Part shown: positions 39,482 through 53,344 of the stretch, one piece after another | How positions within the stretch are numbered: position 1 is the first letter of the stretch | Layout: each line of letters begins with the position of its first letter | NCBI GenBank assembly: GCA_026025075.1 | Contig: JAPEUI010000027.1 | Coordinates: forward strand, 1 to 64,000 | Length of the DNA stretch: 64,000 bases | DNA from: Vezdaea acicularis | Lineage: Eukaryota | Direction: 5' to 3' | The notes under the pieces: generated by a model | Database searches by the model: none | Told to the model about the DNA's origin: nothing | Seen by the model: only the letters and a program-made list of their open reading frames with translations | Position numbers and translations under genes: made by a program

Positions 39482-41099
39482 ATGTCTTCCATTCTTTTCA
39501 AGACAATTACTTTCTTTCTCCTTGGCCTGGTGCCAACTGTGCTCGCCCACAACTACGTTGACTGCGTCAACTCAAAGCCAAATCTCACTGATCTTCTGAC
39601 GGAGAAAAAAGGACCATATAGCGCTGTGGGTGATTACTGTGATGGCTTCCCTCGCGGTATGCCCTCCTCCAACACCGCTCAGGCAAGTGCAGTTGGCAAT
39701 CAAGGATATCCATGGTAAAAATACATTGCTATCATTCGTGTAGATCGTGCAAGACTGATAGCTCTTGTAGGCAATTCATCTGGCCTATGCAGGATAGTGT
39801 AGCATTGAACACCCACCGCGCGTGCAATTGGCTTCAAGAAAACCCTACCTACGACCCGGAGAAGAACATCACTTCTGTCAAGCCAGGAGCCACTATTCTG
39901 ATACGCGTTTCTACTAATGCCCATTCCCACGAATACACGAAAAGGGCATCCGGACATTATAAGGTACGTTGTTCAATAGATACTCTGGCCAATTTCTAAG
40001 ATGTCAAGGCAGATATACATCGCGGGCGATGCTGGAACACACATAACTACCACGAGTCAACTCACGGATGACCGCGTTGTATTCTTTGCCCCGGAAAACA
40101 AATATGCCCATATTATCGGTATTCTCACTGGCTGAGGGCATTGCTAGATTGCGTTGCTAACGTTGTGCAGGCAATCCGTCGGCAGATAATGGTCAAGGGG
40201 ATCCAGGATATGCTTGGCTTCCGTTCAAGTTAGTAGATCCTTCTGGGAACCCACTCCCAGCAGGGACCTTTAATTTCGTGTGGACTTGGTGGTGGCCGAC
40301 TGCCGTTGGAGATCAGTTTCAAGACTTTATGATTCCTAGCTATACTACATGCTTTGATGTCACCATTGACGAAGGTGCAGAAGACGCCGGCTACCTAACG
40401 GAGGTGGTCAAAAATGACCCGAACGCTCATATTGGATTGATCGGAAACACAACGAGTCCTGGAGCGAAGGATCAAACTTCACCATGGCCACCGTATCCCG
40501 ACGGCTATCTCACTCAGAACTTTGACGGCTTAGACCCAGCTGATCCAGGCGCAAAAAGAACCTTCCAGCCATACTTTAATCAACATGTCGACGCACTGAA
40601 GATGCCGGCACCTATGCGGCAGAAGATACCACCAATCGGCTCTTGGAGCGCTGCCCAACTCGCTCAACAAATAAACTCACCCCCAGGCAGCGGTGTCTTC
40701 CCTCCCAATCTGACAGCGGCCGGAAGTATTTTGTCAAAAGGCCAGGATCAGATGCCTGTGACGGAGAAATTAGCTCCGCTAAAAGTCGGACCTGGTTCCG
40801 GCTTTGGCGATACGGACTTCTATCCTAACTCATCCGTGACAGACCCGATGATTTCCCCCAATTCATCAAACTTCACTGACGTGATGCCTACGCCGGCAAA
40901 TCTTGACTTCTTGAAGAGCGCTGCCGCCTCCACTGTGTCGCTGATGGCCACGCCGACGGCTGCGCTGCAGTCGTCATCTATACTCGCTTCCAGCGGTAGC
41001 ACTCCATCTGTCCCGTCACCACCGCCTTCTTCGCCTCTTCCGAAGCCGGCCGCAGTCTATGGCCGGCGCCAGAAAGGAAAAGAGCGAAGGCTACGCTGA
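39482..41099 (+). CDS. Secreted protein with N-terminal His, putative LPMO-like copper (His-brace) fold, 4 exons
   Basis: Exons 39482-39714, 39771-39963, 40013-40118 and 40171-41099 splice in frame via GT-AG. Signal peptide ..PTVLA|HNYVDC, CDGFPRG, RVSTNAHSH, FVWTWWWP, SYTTCFDV, then a P/S/T-rich tail. Confidence 0.75.
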
Positions 41100-41788
41100 T
41101 GCTTACAACCCGAGCGAGGAAAGGGACCATGCACGGGCTGGGGATACGTTTGGGGCTTGAATTTGTATATCTCAGCTGTGAAAGAGATTAGAGTACCTGT
41201 GGGCAGTGTTGTAAAGCTTCTGTTGGACGTAGAATGTATATATCTTGCTCGCCCAGGTCTATGTATGTCTGGTGTTGGCGTATGTTCCATTAATTACAAA
41301 AAGCCCAGCTATATCTATCCTGAATGACTGAAGAAGACCTTGAGAGGATGAAAAGAATGCTTTGTTGATGAGGAGTTTCCATAATGGTTATTTGATATCT
41401 TTGTAGAACGAAGATGGAGCCTATGATGCCTAGGTAAGGCCTGAGGAAAGTCGTTGGCGCTTAACTCGCAATATGAAACATATTACCTGTATCATCTTCA
41501 CCAGCGTATCAAGATGAACGCCAAACAATTTTGGGTTTAGAACGCTATTCGACGTGTTTCCTCGAGGACAGTCTTTTCGCAAACCTTGCACATAAACCCT
41601 GCTAGGCTCCTCGCTCACTACAATGCCCAAATCGTCTCGTCAGCCAAATAATGTTGGTTGATGTCTTCGAAAGCTTGACAAAACAAGATAATGATGGAAT
41701 CACTCAATTCTCCGTGGAATAACCCACGCGGGTCAATTCCTCTCAGGGGATCACAATTCCCATTTACGGGGCGATAATTGATTCGCGC

Positions 41789-44700
41789 CTATGAAGGTAC
41801 CTTCGGATCATCAAGCATTGGCTTCTCAAATAAAAAGCTCCCTTCACTTGTGTCCGCTGAAGGCCTTTTCAGATCGATCATCTTCAGCGCCTCTCGCAGG
41901 GTGACGCCACTCTCGTCGAGAGCGGTAAGAAACCTCGCAAGCTCCTTGCATAGCTCCCAATCTTCTTCTTGCTTAGCGCGGGATAGAAGTCGTAGCAATT
42001 GCTGAGAGCTAGAACTTAGTTCTTCAAAAGTATGCAGAACTAACAGGTAGCCACCAGCCGTCTTCAGCTGTCCCCGGTTTAGAGACTCCTCAAACAACTC
42101 CTGTGGAGGTGGGAGATATGCAAATAATGTCCTCCAAGATCGTACTTCCGTCTTCCGAGTGCACTGGACTAGGATATCTAGGTACTGAGGGAAAGACGAT
42201 AGGAAAGAAAGAACGCTAGGCAAAAGAGTGGTCTCTTCTGATGCCCCCTTGTCGACTTCGTCGTCCAAGACATCATGAAGAAGTACTTCAAGTGCGTGAG
42301 GGAAATATGTGAGAGTCTTGTATTGGTGCGCGAGGTGTAGCGCTGCCGGAGAATCATATGACGATAGATGGTAGCGAAGCAAATGCGGTAAGAAGAGATG
42401 GGTCTATCACTATCATCAGCTCTAGTCTATGATCGTTTGCAAATGTTGGCTTACTCTGGTTATGAAGCGGAAGAAGGAGAAACCGATGTCCGTTCGCTGA
42501 AAGAGTTCTGGTTCAACGCCAAGAATGATACCTTTATTCAGTAGAATTGACAGTGGGTAGAAGTCAATCCAGATGTCTACGGCATCCGGCAATTCGTGAC
42601 CTAAGTCGGCGGGAGCTTGTCTTATAACATCTTGAACATCAGACCAAGCGCGGACTTCGCAGCCATTGAATATCCATAGCGAGTCCCTAAGGCCATGCCC
42701 GTTGCTGTGCCCATTCAAGTATGCATCAGGCAGAGGGCTTAGTGGAGGCTCATCGTTCAGAGGCAGTAGGTTCGTAGAGAGTTGATCGCGGGCAAGTACG
42801 AAATATTCAACCTGGGGTGCGAGTATCCGCATATCGTATCTTAGCGCTCCAGTTTCACTAGGCCAAGGCTGGAGCAGAACTAGCTTGCCGTCGACAAGGA
42901 AAAGAACAGCTGCAACAGCAACGTCTTGAGATGGATCACCATCCCCTAGATATTGAACTATATCAGGAGAGCCTAACGTTCTTGGAGTGATTTCACTTAC
43001 GTAATTGATCCTCTGGGAGTATCCAGCTCATAGCACGGACCCTTGCAGGTGCTCTAACAATTCCATGAAAGGCAATTTGTCCCACCATCACTAGATTTAC
43101 TTTCTCTGCGGTTGTAGTAATCGTGAAATGGTGGAGGATATTATCGTAAGTATAAACCAAAAGCGAATCCTCCCCCGATATTGCAATGAGGACCGCTGGC
43201 GAAGACAAAGTCTCTGTATGAAGAAGCAGCGTGTTGTCCAATAATTTTTCGCGTGAGTATAAACGCAACTACAGATATCAGCTTTATGGTGGTGTATCGT
43301 AACGTCAGGCTTACCTCAAAACGTTCGCTAGCTTCGATAGCAGCTATGAGAATATGCTGGTGCCAGCACATTCCACCTCGGACACTGAAATCATTCTCCA
43401 TGCCCACATTTGCAAAAGTTTTCCATCGCCCACTGTTGACACTATAGTGTGCTAGGCCCCGTCGACCAGCCACCGCCACATATCTCCCGTCCGGAGAGAT
43501 GACTGCGCACCGGATAGGCCATTGGTCGATAAGATAAATGTTGGGTACTTGTACTTGATGCCATAACGAAGACTCTGTAGATAGAGTTGTAAGATCTGGG
43601 AGATCATAACCTCGATATACCAACAAGCCCGTGTCAGTCTGCAAGAGAGATCGCGAGATGGTTGCCGAGGAGTAGCACCCAGTCACAGCGCTTCGAGCCA
43701 TGTCAAGAAGCCAGAGTCGAAAATCATCTCTTCCTACTAATAACATCTGAGAGCCACCGCCGAGCCAGCTTCCCGCAGTTACCCCTGTAAGCCATGATTC
43801 ACCATGGCCTTGTCCAACTTTGCGATCGGCAACGAAACTCGACCCACCAGGTTTACCGTACACACTCCACATTGCCCAGCCCTTTTCGTAGCCTACAAAT
43901 AGACAATAACCATCCATGGAGTAACTGAGATCGGTTATGCGCCCGCATGCAGAGAAAGACACCGGAGCTCTTAGTTTGTGTGAGAGAGGGACGCTTCCAG
44001 CGTAGTCCTTAACGGTATATATACATAGGCTTCCATTCGCGCATCCAATGGCGATGATGGAAAACCTTGCATTTATAGCTGCTTTGATTGCGACTTCATC
44101 ACTGGTATTCGGCCCGTGAAAGCAATGGCCATGGAAAAGCTTTTTTGGAGAATCTGGATCTTGAGTTACTGTAGGCACACGCTGTACAGCGTAGGCTCTG
44201 CCATCGCTCATGCACCAAGTCGAGAGACCCATTGGCCTATCGTGAACCATGTCTGATATACTTGCCTTCTTGGGGATCCAGCTCATCTTACTGAGTAATT
44301 CGGTGCTTGCTTGATTCCCAGCGCTGTCAGGTGTCCATCGAATGCATTGAACCGCAGGAGGCTTTTCAGTCGCAACCACCAGGTCGTTGTCTAGTGCCAG
44401 TGCTCTGCTGATACCTGCATCTACCTTGATTACCATCCGAAATCGTATGCTGACCTCCCGTACTCCTCCACCTTCTCCAGCGCCTAGCATCGAATCTTGA
44501 GCACCTCCGAACCCCCTAGACCTTCCCGTGCTTTGTATCCGCGCATTGCCTCCAGTTGCAGAGAGTATCTGGTTCTTATAAACTCGAGCATCATTGTCAG
44601 TGGCAAGAGAGTAGGTTATCAGAAAACCAAGCGCAGTCTGAACGACGAAAATGGCGGAATCGGGACGCAAAAGGAGGGCAACATTTTGACCATAGGTTTC

Positions 44701-45139
44701 TATCGATGTTGACGAGCGGAGGACAGCAGCAACAACAGCAGTAGGCTTCAGCAATTGATTAGTCAAGGTGCTTTAAAATATCTACCAAGAATCTCACCCG
44801 GGTTTGCCATATAACCAAAGATTTTGCAGTTATGGTTGCAAATAGGAGTCCATTGCGCGACACACGAAGACTAAGGATAGGGCCATCTGCATCCAAGCCT
44901 TGCCTTGCAGCTTTGCCGTTTGTCTTATTTCCAACGCGCTCTGAAGAATCCTCGTCAGAAGAGGTCGCAGCTTTGTCACTCTGAACCTCGACCTCGATCT
45001 CTCTCTCAGGCCACCTTGCACCAGGGTCAGGAGCAGGAGCTCCAGAATCTAGGCCATCCTCCGAAACCAATATCCCCTCACTCGAGGGTCCAAAGGAAGC
45101 TGCAGTGTATATTCGAGGAGCACCAAGGGGCCAGTACAT
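41789..45139 (-). CDS. RIC1: Ric1 (Ypt6/Rab6 GEF subunit), multi-exon
   Basis: MYWPLGAPRIY, SPDGRYVAVAGRRGLAHYS..WKTF, DFYPLSILLNKG, YFPHALEVLLH, CTRKTEVRSW and LCKELARFL. Confidence 0.92.
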
Positions 45140-45679
45140 TGCTAACGGGTGGTGCTACATAGAGCACGTGTGCCACTGATGGATAGGTCTATGGATTGCA
45201 CCACATCTTTAATTGCATTTCGTTCGGTTGAGAACTCCGCAACCTTAAAAATTGATCATACTGTCATTACCATTGTCTTTACCCGAGTCGTCTGCGCTGT
45301 TGACGATCTCTGAGCAGAAGTAGAGGCCATGATCATAGAGAGCAAGTCGCGTTCGGCAAAACGTCGGCAAGGGAAGGAGCCAATCAAAGCGAGATCACAA
45401 AACGTCTCGAATAGAAGAGTGTCTTACTGTTCACAGATACTTTACTGCTTAAATATATATTCTAGCTAGAACAAAACTGATTACAAGACTTTTACCTCTT
45501 TTAAAGTTTGCACGACAGGCTCCAGCTAGCAATATCATGCTTCCTCTCCTCCTATCAACATCTGAAGATCCTCGAGGTATGGGGTCTTCTGACCTACAAG
45601 ACAGCCGAAAGTAGAGGGTGATAGCGCAGAGCTTACGTAAATAGTCCTGAAAGGGTTTCTGTGCAGTTAGCGACAATGC

Positions 45680-47395
45680 TTATTCCAGGCCAGTCATTTC
45701 ATAGCCGTGATAGCCATCGCCTCCAGAACCCCGTTCTTCACTCCGAGTCCAGCCGTCCCTTTTCTTAACCCATTCGCCACCGAGAAATTGGCGGATGCAG
45801 GTATCGTCTGGTTTCTTTTGTGGAGACTCTAAAGGAACCAGCTTATAGAAGTTCTCATCTATCGATGTTGGCTCACATGCACATCGACCCGCTGAATGAG
45901 GAGGACAGTGCCTACAGGGCGGTTATTAGTCATGGTGTATATGAGAGTAACTATGACCAGCCTACCGATTGATGTCATGCTGATATCCAATATCATTGAA
46001 GTACCAAATCTCGCTCTTTGGGACGAATAGAGCCACGCTAAGTGTGTGAATTGGAGCGTCTCCGTAACGCTCGTAGAAAAATCCACCACCACGGTCAAGC
46101 CAGTTGAAATACCTCTCATTTGCTTCACCACGGAAAAAATTAAGACTTCCAATTTCGAAATTTGAGAAGAACTGACAGTTGTTGTAATCTCCGCCGTTAG
46201 ACGCATCTAGGAGCCAGTCTAGATCCGCTTCTGGATGGATCATGTCGGGATGTGAATTGATAAAGGACCGGGTGCGGCTCCAAAGGGATGGAAAAGAGCG
46301 TGCATCGTCAAGTATATTCATATTGAAGCCATACTTCATGTTGTTATCCTGCATAAAGCGGAAGACGTCGTAGTTGATATCGCAGAAGAAGTGAACCTAG
46401 CCACTGTCAGCTGATCCCCACTGGAATGGAAAGACTTGAATTACATCCGGCTCAACGCGCCAGTACCAATCAAACTCAGCAAGTCGCGGGTGTTTGTAGA
46501 AGAAGCCACTGTTCCATCGGCACATATGGCGATAACTCACCATCCACCCCTTCCCTACACCTATTGCGCCTAAATACTCGAGACTGTTCATGAACCGTCC
46601 TGTATCTACGAAATCGGGGGTCGACCAATGCACTTCCGGGACAACCTCATAGTAACACTTTGCAGACGTCAAATTCTGGGTCGCCGCCTACGAGGCATTA
46701 GCAAGGACGCGTCCTATGGCATACAAAACCCTACATACCTTGAACTCGGCTGTAAATGGCTCTTCATTAAAGAAGATCCAGGGGTATTGGTATTTGTGGT
46801 TCCAATGATATTCCAACTGTGACATACTTTGGACCAATCCTGGAAGCTCTGAATTTCGTACAAGGCTGATGAGTGCTGCTCGAGGCCGTGATGAGGACTG
46901 ACGTGGCATGAGAGTGGAGACCCAGCCACCATTGGGCATCTCAGAGTTGTCATCTGAGTTCATGCTTAGCCAGAGTTCTGGGTCTGGTGTGTTGCTCCTC
47001 AGCACCTTGCTTTGGTATGGGCGCAGAGCCGCCATATCCAACCTTCTAGTCTCTCCATGGTGAGCCCATCTGTGAGGGCTGGGCGTGAACAGGACAAAAA
47101 TAGTTATGGCCACGCAAAGAAAAACAGCAAATTGACGTTTGGAAATCGGACCTCGCGTTATTGCGGGCATAATTTGGTACCATGATCGACTAGAGGACCG
47201 GGAGCTGGCCATCCAAAAAAGAGAACCCGAAGACGTGGAAGAGAGACTGGACGAGGATGAGTGTGCTGAATGAAAGGATAGGTCTGAGCTAGAAGAGAAG
47301 CTGGGTGTCGCCTCGAGTGTTGGAGAGAGAGCACTTGGGCGCTCGATTCCGGGCGTTTTAGTCGTAGCCGATGAAAACGCTGTCATGAACCCCAT
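45680..47395 (-). CDS. GT15 alpha-1,2-mannosyltransferase (KRE2/KTR family), 4 exons
   Basis: TM anchor, AALISLVRNSEL, YPWIFFN, SYRHMCRWNSGFF, YWRVEPD, CQFFSNFEIG and GGFFYERYGDAPIH. Ends GGDGYHGYEMTGLE*. Start Met uncertain. Confidence 0.92.
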
Positions 47396-47830
47396 CTTTC
47401 TGTCACAATTCTAAGGTTTGCTTACTTAGTTAGCTGAATCCATTGACAGCGTCAGCGATACAGCTTGAAATTGCAAGGAAAGCGGTCTTGTATCGCGAGA
47501 ACGTAAAGTTCGAGAGGTATATGGTAACACTTAGCGAACTTCATCTCCTAAGCTAGGACGCGACTCAATCAACTACGATGTCGTACAAGTTGATTCGCAC
47601 TGCAATTAATTTACAAGATCTTGAGAAATTTTAGAGTATAAGGAGAACAGGGGTCACTAATCTATTTCCAGAGATGAATCTCAATTGCAAATGCTCAGCA
47701 GGCTCTGAGCCCAATACAATACGATTTTAAGAGATTCGCCGTGTTCGAACTCCTGAACAACGTATGCCCCGTACGCCGCCCTATGCTTGATACTCATGCT
47801 CAGAACAATTCATACCATAAAAGGGAGACG

Positions 47831-50800
47831 CTAAAGCGTCATGGGCTCGTCGGTATCTACTCCGTGGTCGTCGAGAACACCTAGGACCTTTGCGTACGGT
47901 ACTGTGATCCGCTGAAGGTCTCGATGTTTGCCTTGATAAATTGTTAGCGGCGAGTATGAACAACGCTAGCTCGAAGTACTTGCCAAGTATGAGAATGACG
48001 CTTTTCAACAACTCTCGTCTGTCCCAACCGCACAATTGCTCACGATTGCCATCCCAACCCCGTTCTGCCCCAAGCTGCGAGGTCTCTTTTTGACTCTGAT
48101 CGCTCTCTCCGTTGGTAGCATTAGTGTCACGGAAAATGCCACCAAGCAGACTCTTCAGTAGTTCCTCGACTTTGGATTTCAGACCCTCAGCTCCCAACCT
48201 CTTCGCATACATCTGTAGATATAAGCGGAACTCTTCCTTGGCCTCTAACTCAAGAGCAGCTGCCAGTCGATTTTCCAAGTGGCCCACTGAGATGGCTGAC
48301 TCGAAGCCCTCGTAGCCTTCTCTTGAGAGCAGAGACTTCACCAGGCGCTGTAGGTAGTATGCTCGACCCTTCACAAGACACTCTGTCGTTGTCCGGCGTT
48401 CAAGGTGGGGAATGATGCCGGCAGAAACGTTCACCAGATCCCTTTCCCTGCTGAGTGTTCCATTTTGCTGATCAAGGGACTGCACAGCGCCAACAGAGGA
48501 ATCCGTAGAATTCCAGTATTGGCTTCCAACAGCCCACCAGACTTCTGACAGACGTTGCCACGCATACATGGCAGGAGAATAGGTGTAGCCATCCCCATTC
48601 GATAGCGTTGCAATGATATGGCCCTTTGAGTTAAGCCGCGCAGAGGTAAGCGCAGGTGCGCCAGTTGGTAATGCCCCTAGAGTGTGGGTGGCAATTTCTA
48701 GAATTGGTCCGAGGGATATTGGGGGATGAGGGGACGAGAATGCTTTAACGTTCCAGACATGGCACATTCCAACTGCTGTGACACACAGTAGCCAAGGGCC
48801 TTTTGACTCTAAGATGACGGGCTGTGCATCAAGAACCATAGCGTTGATGAGACGACGGCCTGCCGGCGTCCATATGTGAAGAGTCCCATCTTCACAAGCA
48901 GCGGCCCACATATCTTGAGTGCCGGTCACCAGCAGGACACTCTTGGGCAAAAAATCTTGCCACAAGCTTTGACCTCTCCTTGTAACACTAATGCGGGTGG
49001 GGTCTCGATCCTGGGGTCTTCCAGTTGATGCAACGCCCGTAGGATTCTTGACTTCAAGCACAGTGTCAACAGGAACAGGTTGAGCAAGTGGAGTCCCGTC
49101 AACCTCAGTTGTTATCGCAGGGTTTCCGTAGCTGTCATGATTCCGAAGGATGAGACTTCGGACCTTTGGAACCATAAGTCTAATCTGAGCTACCGTGAGA
49201 CTAGCACTCACAACTGCAGGACGTAAGAATTCTGGCGTAGGCTGCTGGCCATGAGGCTGTGCCTGTATCTGTGCTGGATGGAGACCATCAACTCCATTGA
49301 CCACGACAGGCGTTGCACCACTGCGGCTAGCACGGTCGAGCTGTCTTTCAACTTTTCCGTTACTGTCGCCTTCATTAACGGCGATTTTCCTCTTATTTCC
49401 GAGCAGCAGACCACTCAGACCGCCCGGTGGAAGGCCATCAAACGGAAGAGACATATCCAGAATGTTCTGTGGTCCTTCGTTTCTCGAGCCCGGGGTGTCT
49501 GAAGTGGTCATAAGCTGACTATTGGGAAGCGACGATTCTGCAGCTCCAGCGGATGCTGTGACAAGTAGCGGAGCAATTCTTTTCTTGCCATCCTTGGTTA
49601 TCGTTACCCTCTGTTTGAGCCTCTCGAGCTTCGCCACATTTGGATCGGTGGTAGGCACGTTCGCCCTAGCCTGTGTCCTGGCAGGGTCCCGATCGACTTC
49701 CATAGCTGAGTGGCTTGCGCTACCATTGACCTGAGCAGAGGTACCATTGACAGTGACCTTCACAGAATTTGAGCTATTGTCACCCATGAGCTCACCCATT
49801 CGACCTTCAACACCTTTGATCTCGCCAACCCTACTTTTCTCTTCCAGGAGAAGGCTTTCAGTCCCCTCCACCATGGCAGCCCCTCTTCTGCTTCCTCCGT
49901 ATTTTACTAAAGCCTGTTCAATATCCCCAACACCCATGACATATCCCAGATCTCCCTCTTCGAAAACCAAGGCTATGACGCTGCCGTCCAGACTAGTCAT
50001 GAAGAGATGTCTACCACTAGGACCCCAAGCTAGGTCAGAAATAGCTTTACCGGCCAGCTCTTGAGTGATTAGGAGCGGCCTAGGATTACTTGTTTGCCAA
50101 ATACTGAGAGCTCGATCTTGGCCAGCGCAGGCTATCACAGTGATAAGATTCTGTGTGCTATGTCCACTATTGTCCTGATTTGCAGTGTCGGGGGGATCTT
50201 TACCGTAGAGTCGCGGTGAGAAAGCGCAAACCTCAACAGGCGCCTCGTGACCGATCAGATTGATATCTCCGTCCCAGGTGCCTCGAGTGATGATTGCTAC
50301 AGAGCTCACAGGTCCGTTCACAGCATTCGCTGCAGCAATGTGGAGACCGTCTGGAGCCCATGAACACCTTCGGAAGTATGTAGTAAGTGGGGATGATGTG
50401 AACGGGGCCTGAATGGTTGTTTCCACCACAAAGTTATTCATCTGATCGTGAGCTGTGGCGTTAGGTGCTGGAGGAGTGAATCTAACTATCTTGATAGTAC
50501 GGTCGTCGCTGGCAGTAGCGAAGTATTTATTTGCTGGATCAAACGCTAGGCCTTTGACATGACTTTGATGGCTTGACAAAGTCTTGAGCTTCTCAAATGT
50601 GTATCCCGACCATATAACAACTTTGGAGTCCAACCCGACCGAAACCAGGATCGAGGAATCATAGGACCAGCCGAGGTCTTGGACGTCGTTCTCGTGCCCT
50701 ATGAGACGCCTAAAGATTCTCCAATTTTCTACCGGCGGAGGCTCGTTGGTCCCTATAAAGTTAGCCACCGCATTATGAGAGAACATATATCACTCACCAA

Positions 50801-51311
50801 ATGAAGATGCGTGAGATGGCGGGTTTGGATCAAGGGTATAGACACAGACAATCTTGTCATCGGCTCCAGAGGCTAGATATCGGCCATTTGAGGAGAAGCG
50901 CACAGTGTGTATAGTCCCTGAGTGGTAACTCATGGAAGCTAATTGTTTGGGTTTCGCATAATTCTCATCCCCGGCATTATAGATTGCATCTGTAGACCAA
51001 ATGCGGACATGGCCATCTAAAAATGCACTGAGCTAAGTCTTCGACGACTCGAAGGATGCACCGAAATGGTGGCTCACCTCCAGCGGCTGTGACCAGGCGG
51101 CTTCCGTCAGGGGAGACATGGCAACTATAGACCTCAAAGTCTTTCTTTTCACCTATTGTGTACGAGCCAGAGAGGCTCTACAGTTAGCCCAGGTTGATTT
51201 TGCAGGATATACGGGCAATGGAGCGCGTCATTGCGACTGGGAGACCAATCAACGATCCTTCGCGCATAGCTCACCATGATGAGAGAGCCACTCGGGCTTG
51301 ATGTAATGCAT
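47831..51311 (-). CDS. HIR1: HIRA histone chaperone Hir1, multi-exon (last intron GC-AG)
   Basis: MHYIKPEWLSH, WD40 repeats (GHENDVQDLGWS), B-motif QRVTITKDGKKRIAPL, GHLENRL and C-terminal GKHRDLQRITVPYA. Confidence 0.94.
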
Positions 51312-51746
51312 TGTGGCTACCGTGACCAATCTAATGTCTGTATCATTTCGGCATAAACAACAAGACAGCACCAAGCATCACGCGCAGGATCTCGAGTCAA
51401 TGCAGCAGTGATTCGGCTTCTGATTCTCGGCTCCTGGATCAGCTAAAGCCAGGTAAGTCGGGGACTGTAACAAATATGGGCACAAACTCACCGGAGACTC
51501 AAGGACTAAAGGCGCTGGCTTGTACTCAATAAGGAGAGCGCAAAATTTGGAATTGCGCATCCCTAGAGAGTAGTTTATACGGCCAGTAACGTTGGTAACA
51601 GGAAATGTTTCAAGTTCACGAGGGAGCTTCTCCGGCTTTTAGTTTTTCCGCAGCGGATATACCATTGAAGCTCAAGCCCAAGCTTGAGCTCGACTGGTAA
51701 TTCTACGCCCTCAATCAGCGATCTGTCACGTTTTCACTTTTCAAAC

Positions 51747-53198
51747 ATGTCGGGCCCTACCAAATACATCTTAGTGTCGTTGCCGACATCAATTGTACCG
51801 TCAAATCATGCTGAAGAAGCTCTTCAAGCATTGCAAGGAACTATTTCAAAGGATAATGGGACGATCATGCCGTTTAGAATACCGGAATTCAAGATCGGAA
51901 CATTAGATGCATTGGTACAGCAAGCAGATGAATTGGGAAAATTGGCTGCAGCATGTGAAGGGGTCGTCGTAAAGGTTGGAGACGCACTACGGAATATACT
52001 GGAGGGCGATGAGGATAAACTTGCCCAGCAAAAGAATGTGGATGATAGTGTGTAGAACCTCCCTATCCTGTAGATATCGGTACGCTATCAAGCCATTGTT
52101 ATCACTTGCTGATAGTTGTTGGTTCTAAGAACCTGTGGATCATTATCTTAGGTCCTTCTCATGGAATAAAGTGAAGTACCGTGCGGATAAGCCATTGGGA
52201 GAGCTAATAGACTCGTTACATAAGGTGGACTACGCTTCTTTCTAGATAACATGCTCGTATACACTGGCTGATGGCTTGGCTAGGAAATCATAAGTATCGA
52301 CAACGACATTAAGACCAAATACAATCAATACAACCAAGTCAAGACAAATTTGACTGGTCTGCAGCGGAAGCAAACGTGAGTGGTCTCCATAAGGCGTCAG
52401 CGGCCTATTGCAGAGTATGCGTTAACAAGTATGAAGTGGGAATCTTTCCACTCGATCACTCACTACAATAGTTGATTCATCAATTCTGATTAAAGATTCG
52501 GAATACCTCGAGACCCATCTTATCGCAGTGCCAAAGCAAGGAACCAAGGAGTTTATGAAGACATATGAGACATTATCGCCTATGGTCGTGCCGCGATCAG
52601 CAATTCGCGTTACTGCTGATGACGAATTCGTCTTATTTGCGGTAACTGCTTTTAAGAAGCACGGCCAGGAGTTTGTGCACAAATGCCGAGAGATGAAATG
52701 GACACCACGAGATTACAAGTACGTGGAAGGCGGTAAAGAGGAAGAGCAGAAGGAAGTAGAAAGAATAGCGCGGGATGAGAGGAAGCTGTGGGGTGAAGCC
52801 TTGAGGTTGGGCCGAACTGGGTGGGGCGAAAGCGTTATGATATGGATACATATATTGACACTGCGAGTCTTCGTGGAGACAGTACTACGTTACGGGCTGC
52901 CACTTGACTTCGTATGTGGTATAGTAGAGGTCAGAATCTTAGCCAGGAATGGCCTCTGACGCTATAGGATATCGAGCTGACATCTTCAATGCAGACAAGT
53001 CCTAAGTTGGCGAAAAGGATAAAGCAATCACTAGATTCGGCTTATTCTTATCTTGGTGGAAACGCTTTCGGGCGAGATAAAAAGGGGAGAGTGACGAAGG
53101 ATGACTCGGACTTATCTAATGACATGGCAGCAGCTGGGCATTCTGGCGATGGTGGTAACTATAGCGCATATGTTTATTACGAATTCGAGATCATCTAA
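51747..53198 (+). CDS. VMA5: V-ATPase V1 subunit C, 5 exons
   Basis: IPEFKIGTLDAL, FSWNKVKY, GNLSTRSL, YETLSPMVVPRSA and LRVFVETVLRYGLP. Confidence 0.95.
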
Positions 53199-53344
53199 GC
53201 AGGAAAAATGAATGCAGCGGTGTCACTATGAGCGGTAATTTAATCCGTGTGAGTCTTTATGTCAAGTGATGGATGCCTGAGTGCCAGCTCTTTTGCCAAT
53301 ATGCTTAGAGAAGCTGAAGCGGAAAGAAGACGGGTTGAGCATGT

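Noticed and set aside
45680..45760. Apparent frameshift at the GT15 3' end
   Set aside because: Recounting the C4 run at 45729-45732 gives a continuous frame to GGDGYHGYEMTGLE*.
51380..51459. ACTTACCTGG on the - strand resembling the U1 snRNA 5' end
   Set aside because: No proper GAUCANGAAG or CAUUGCAC loops and no Sm site follow. It lies in the HIR1 upstream/5' UTR region.
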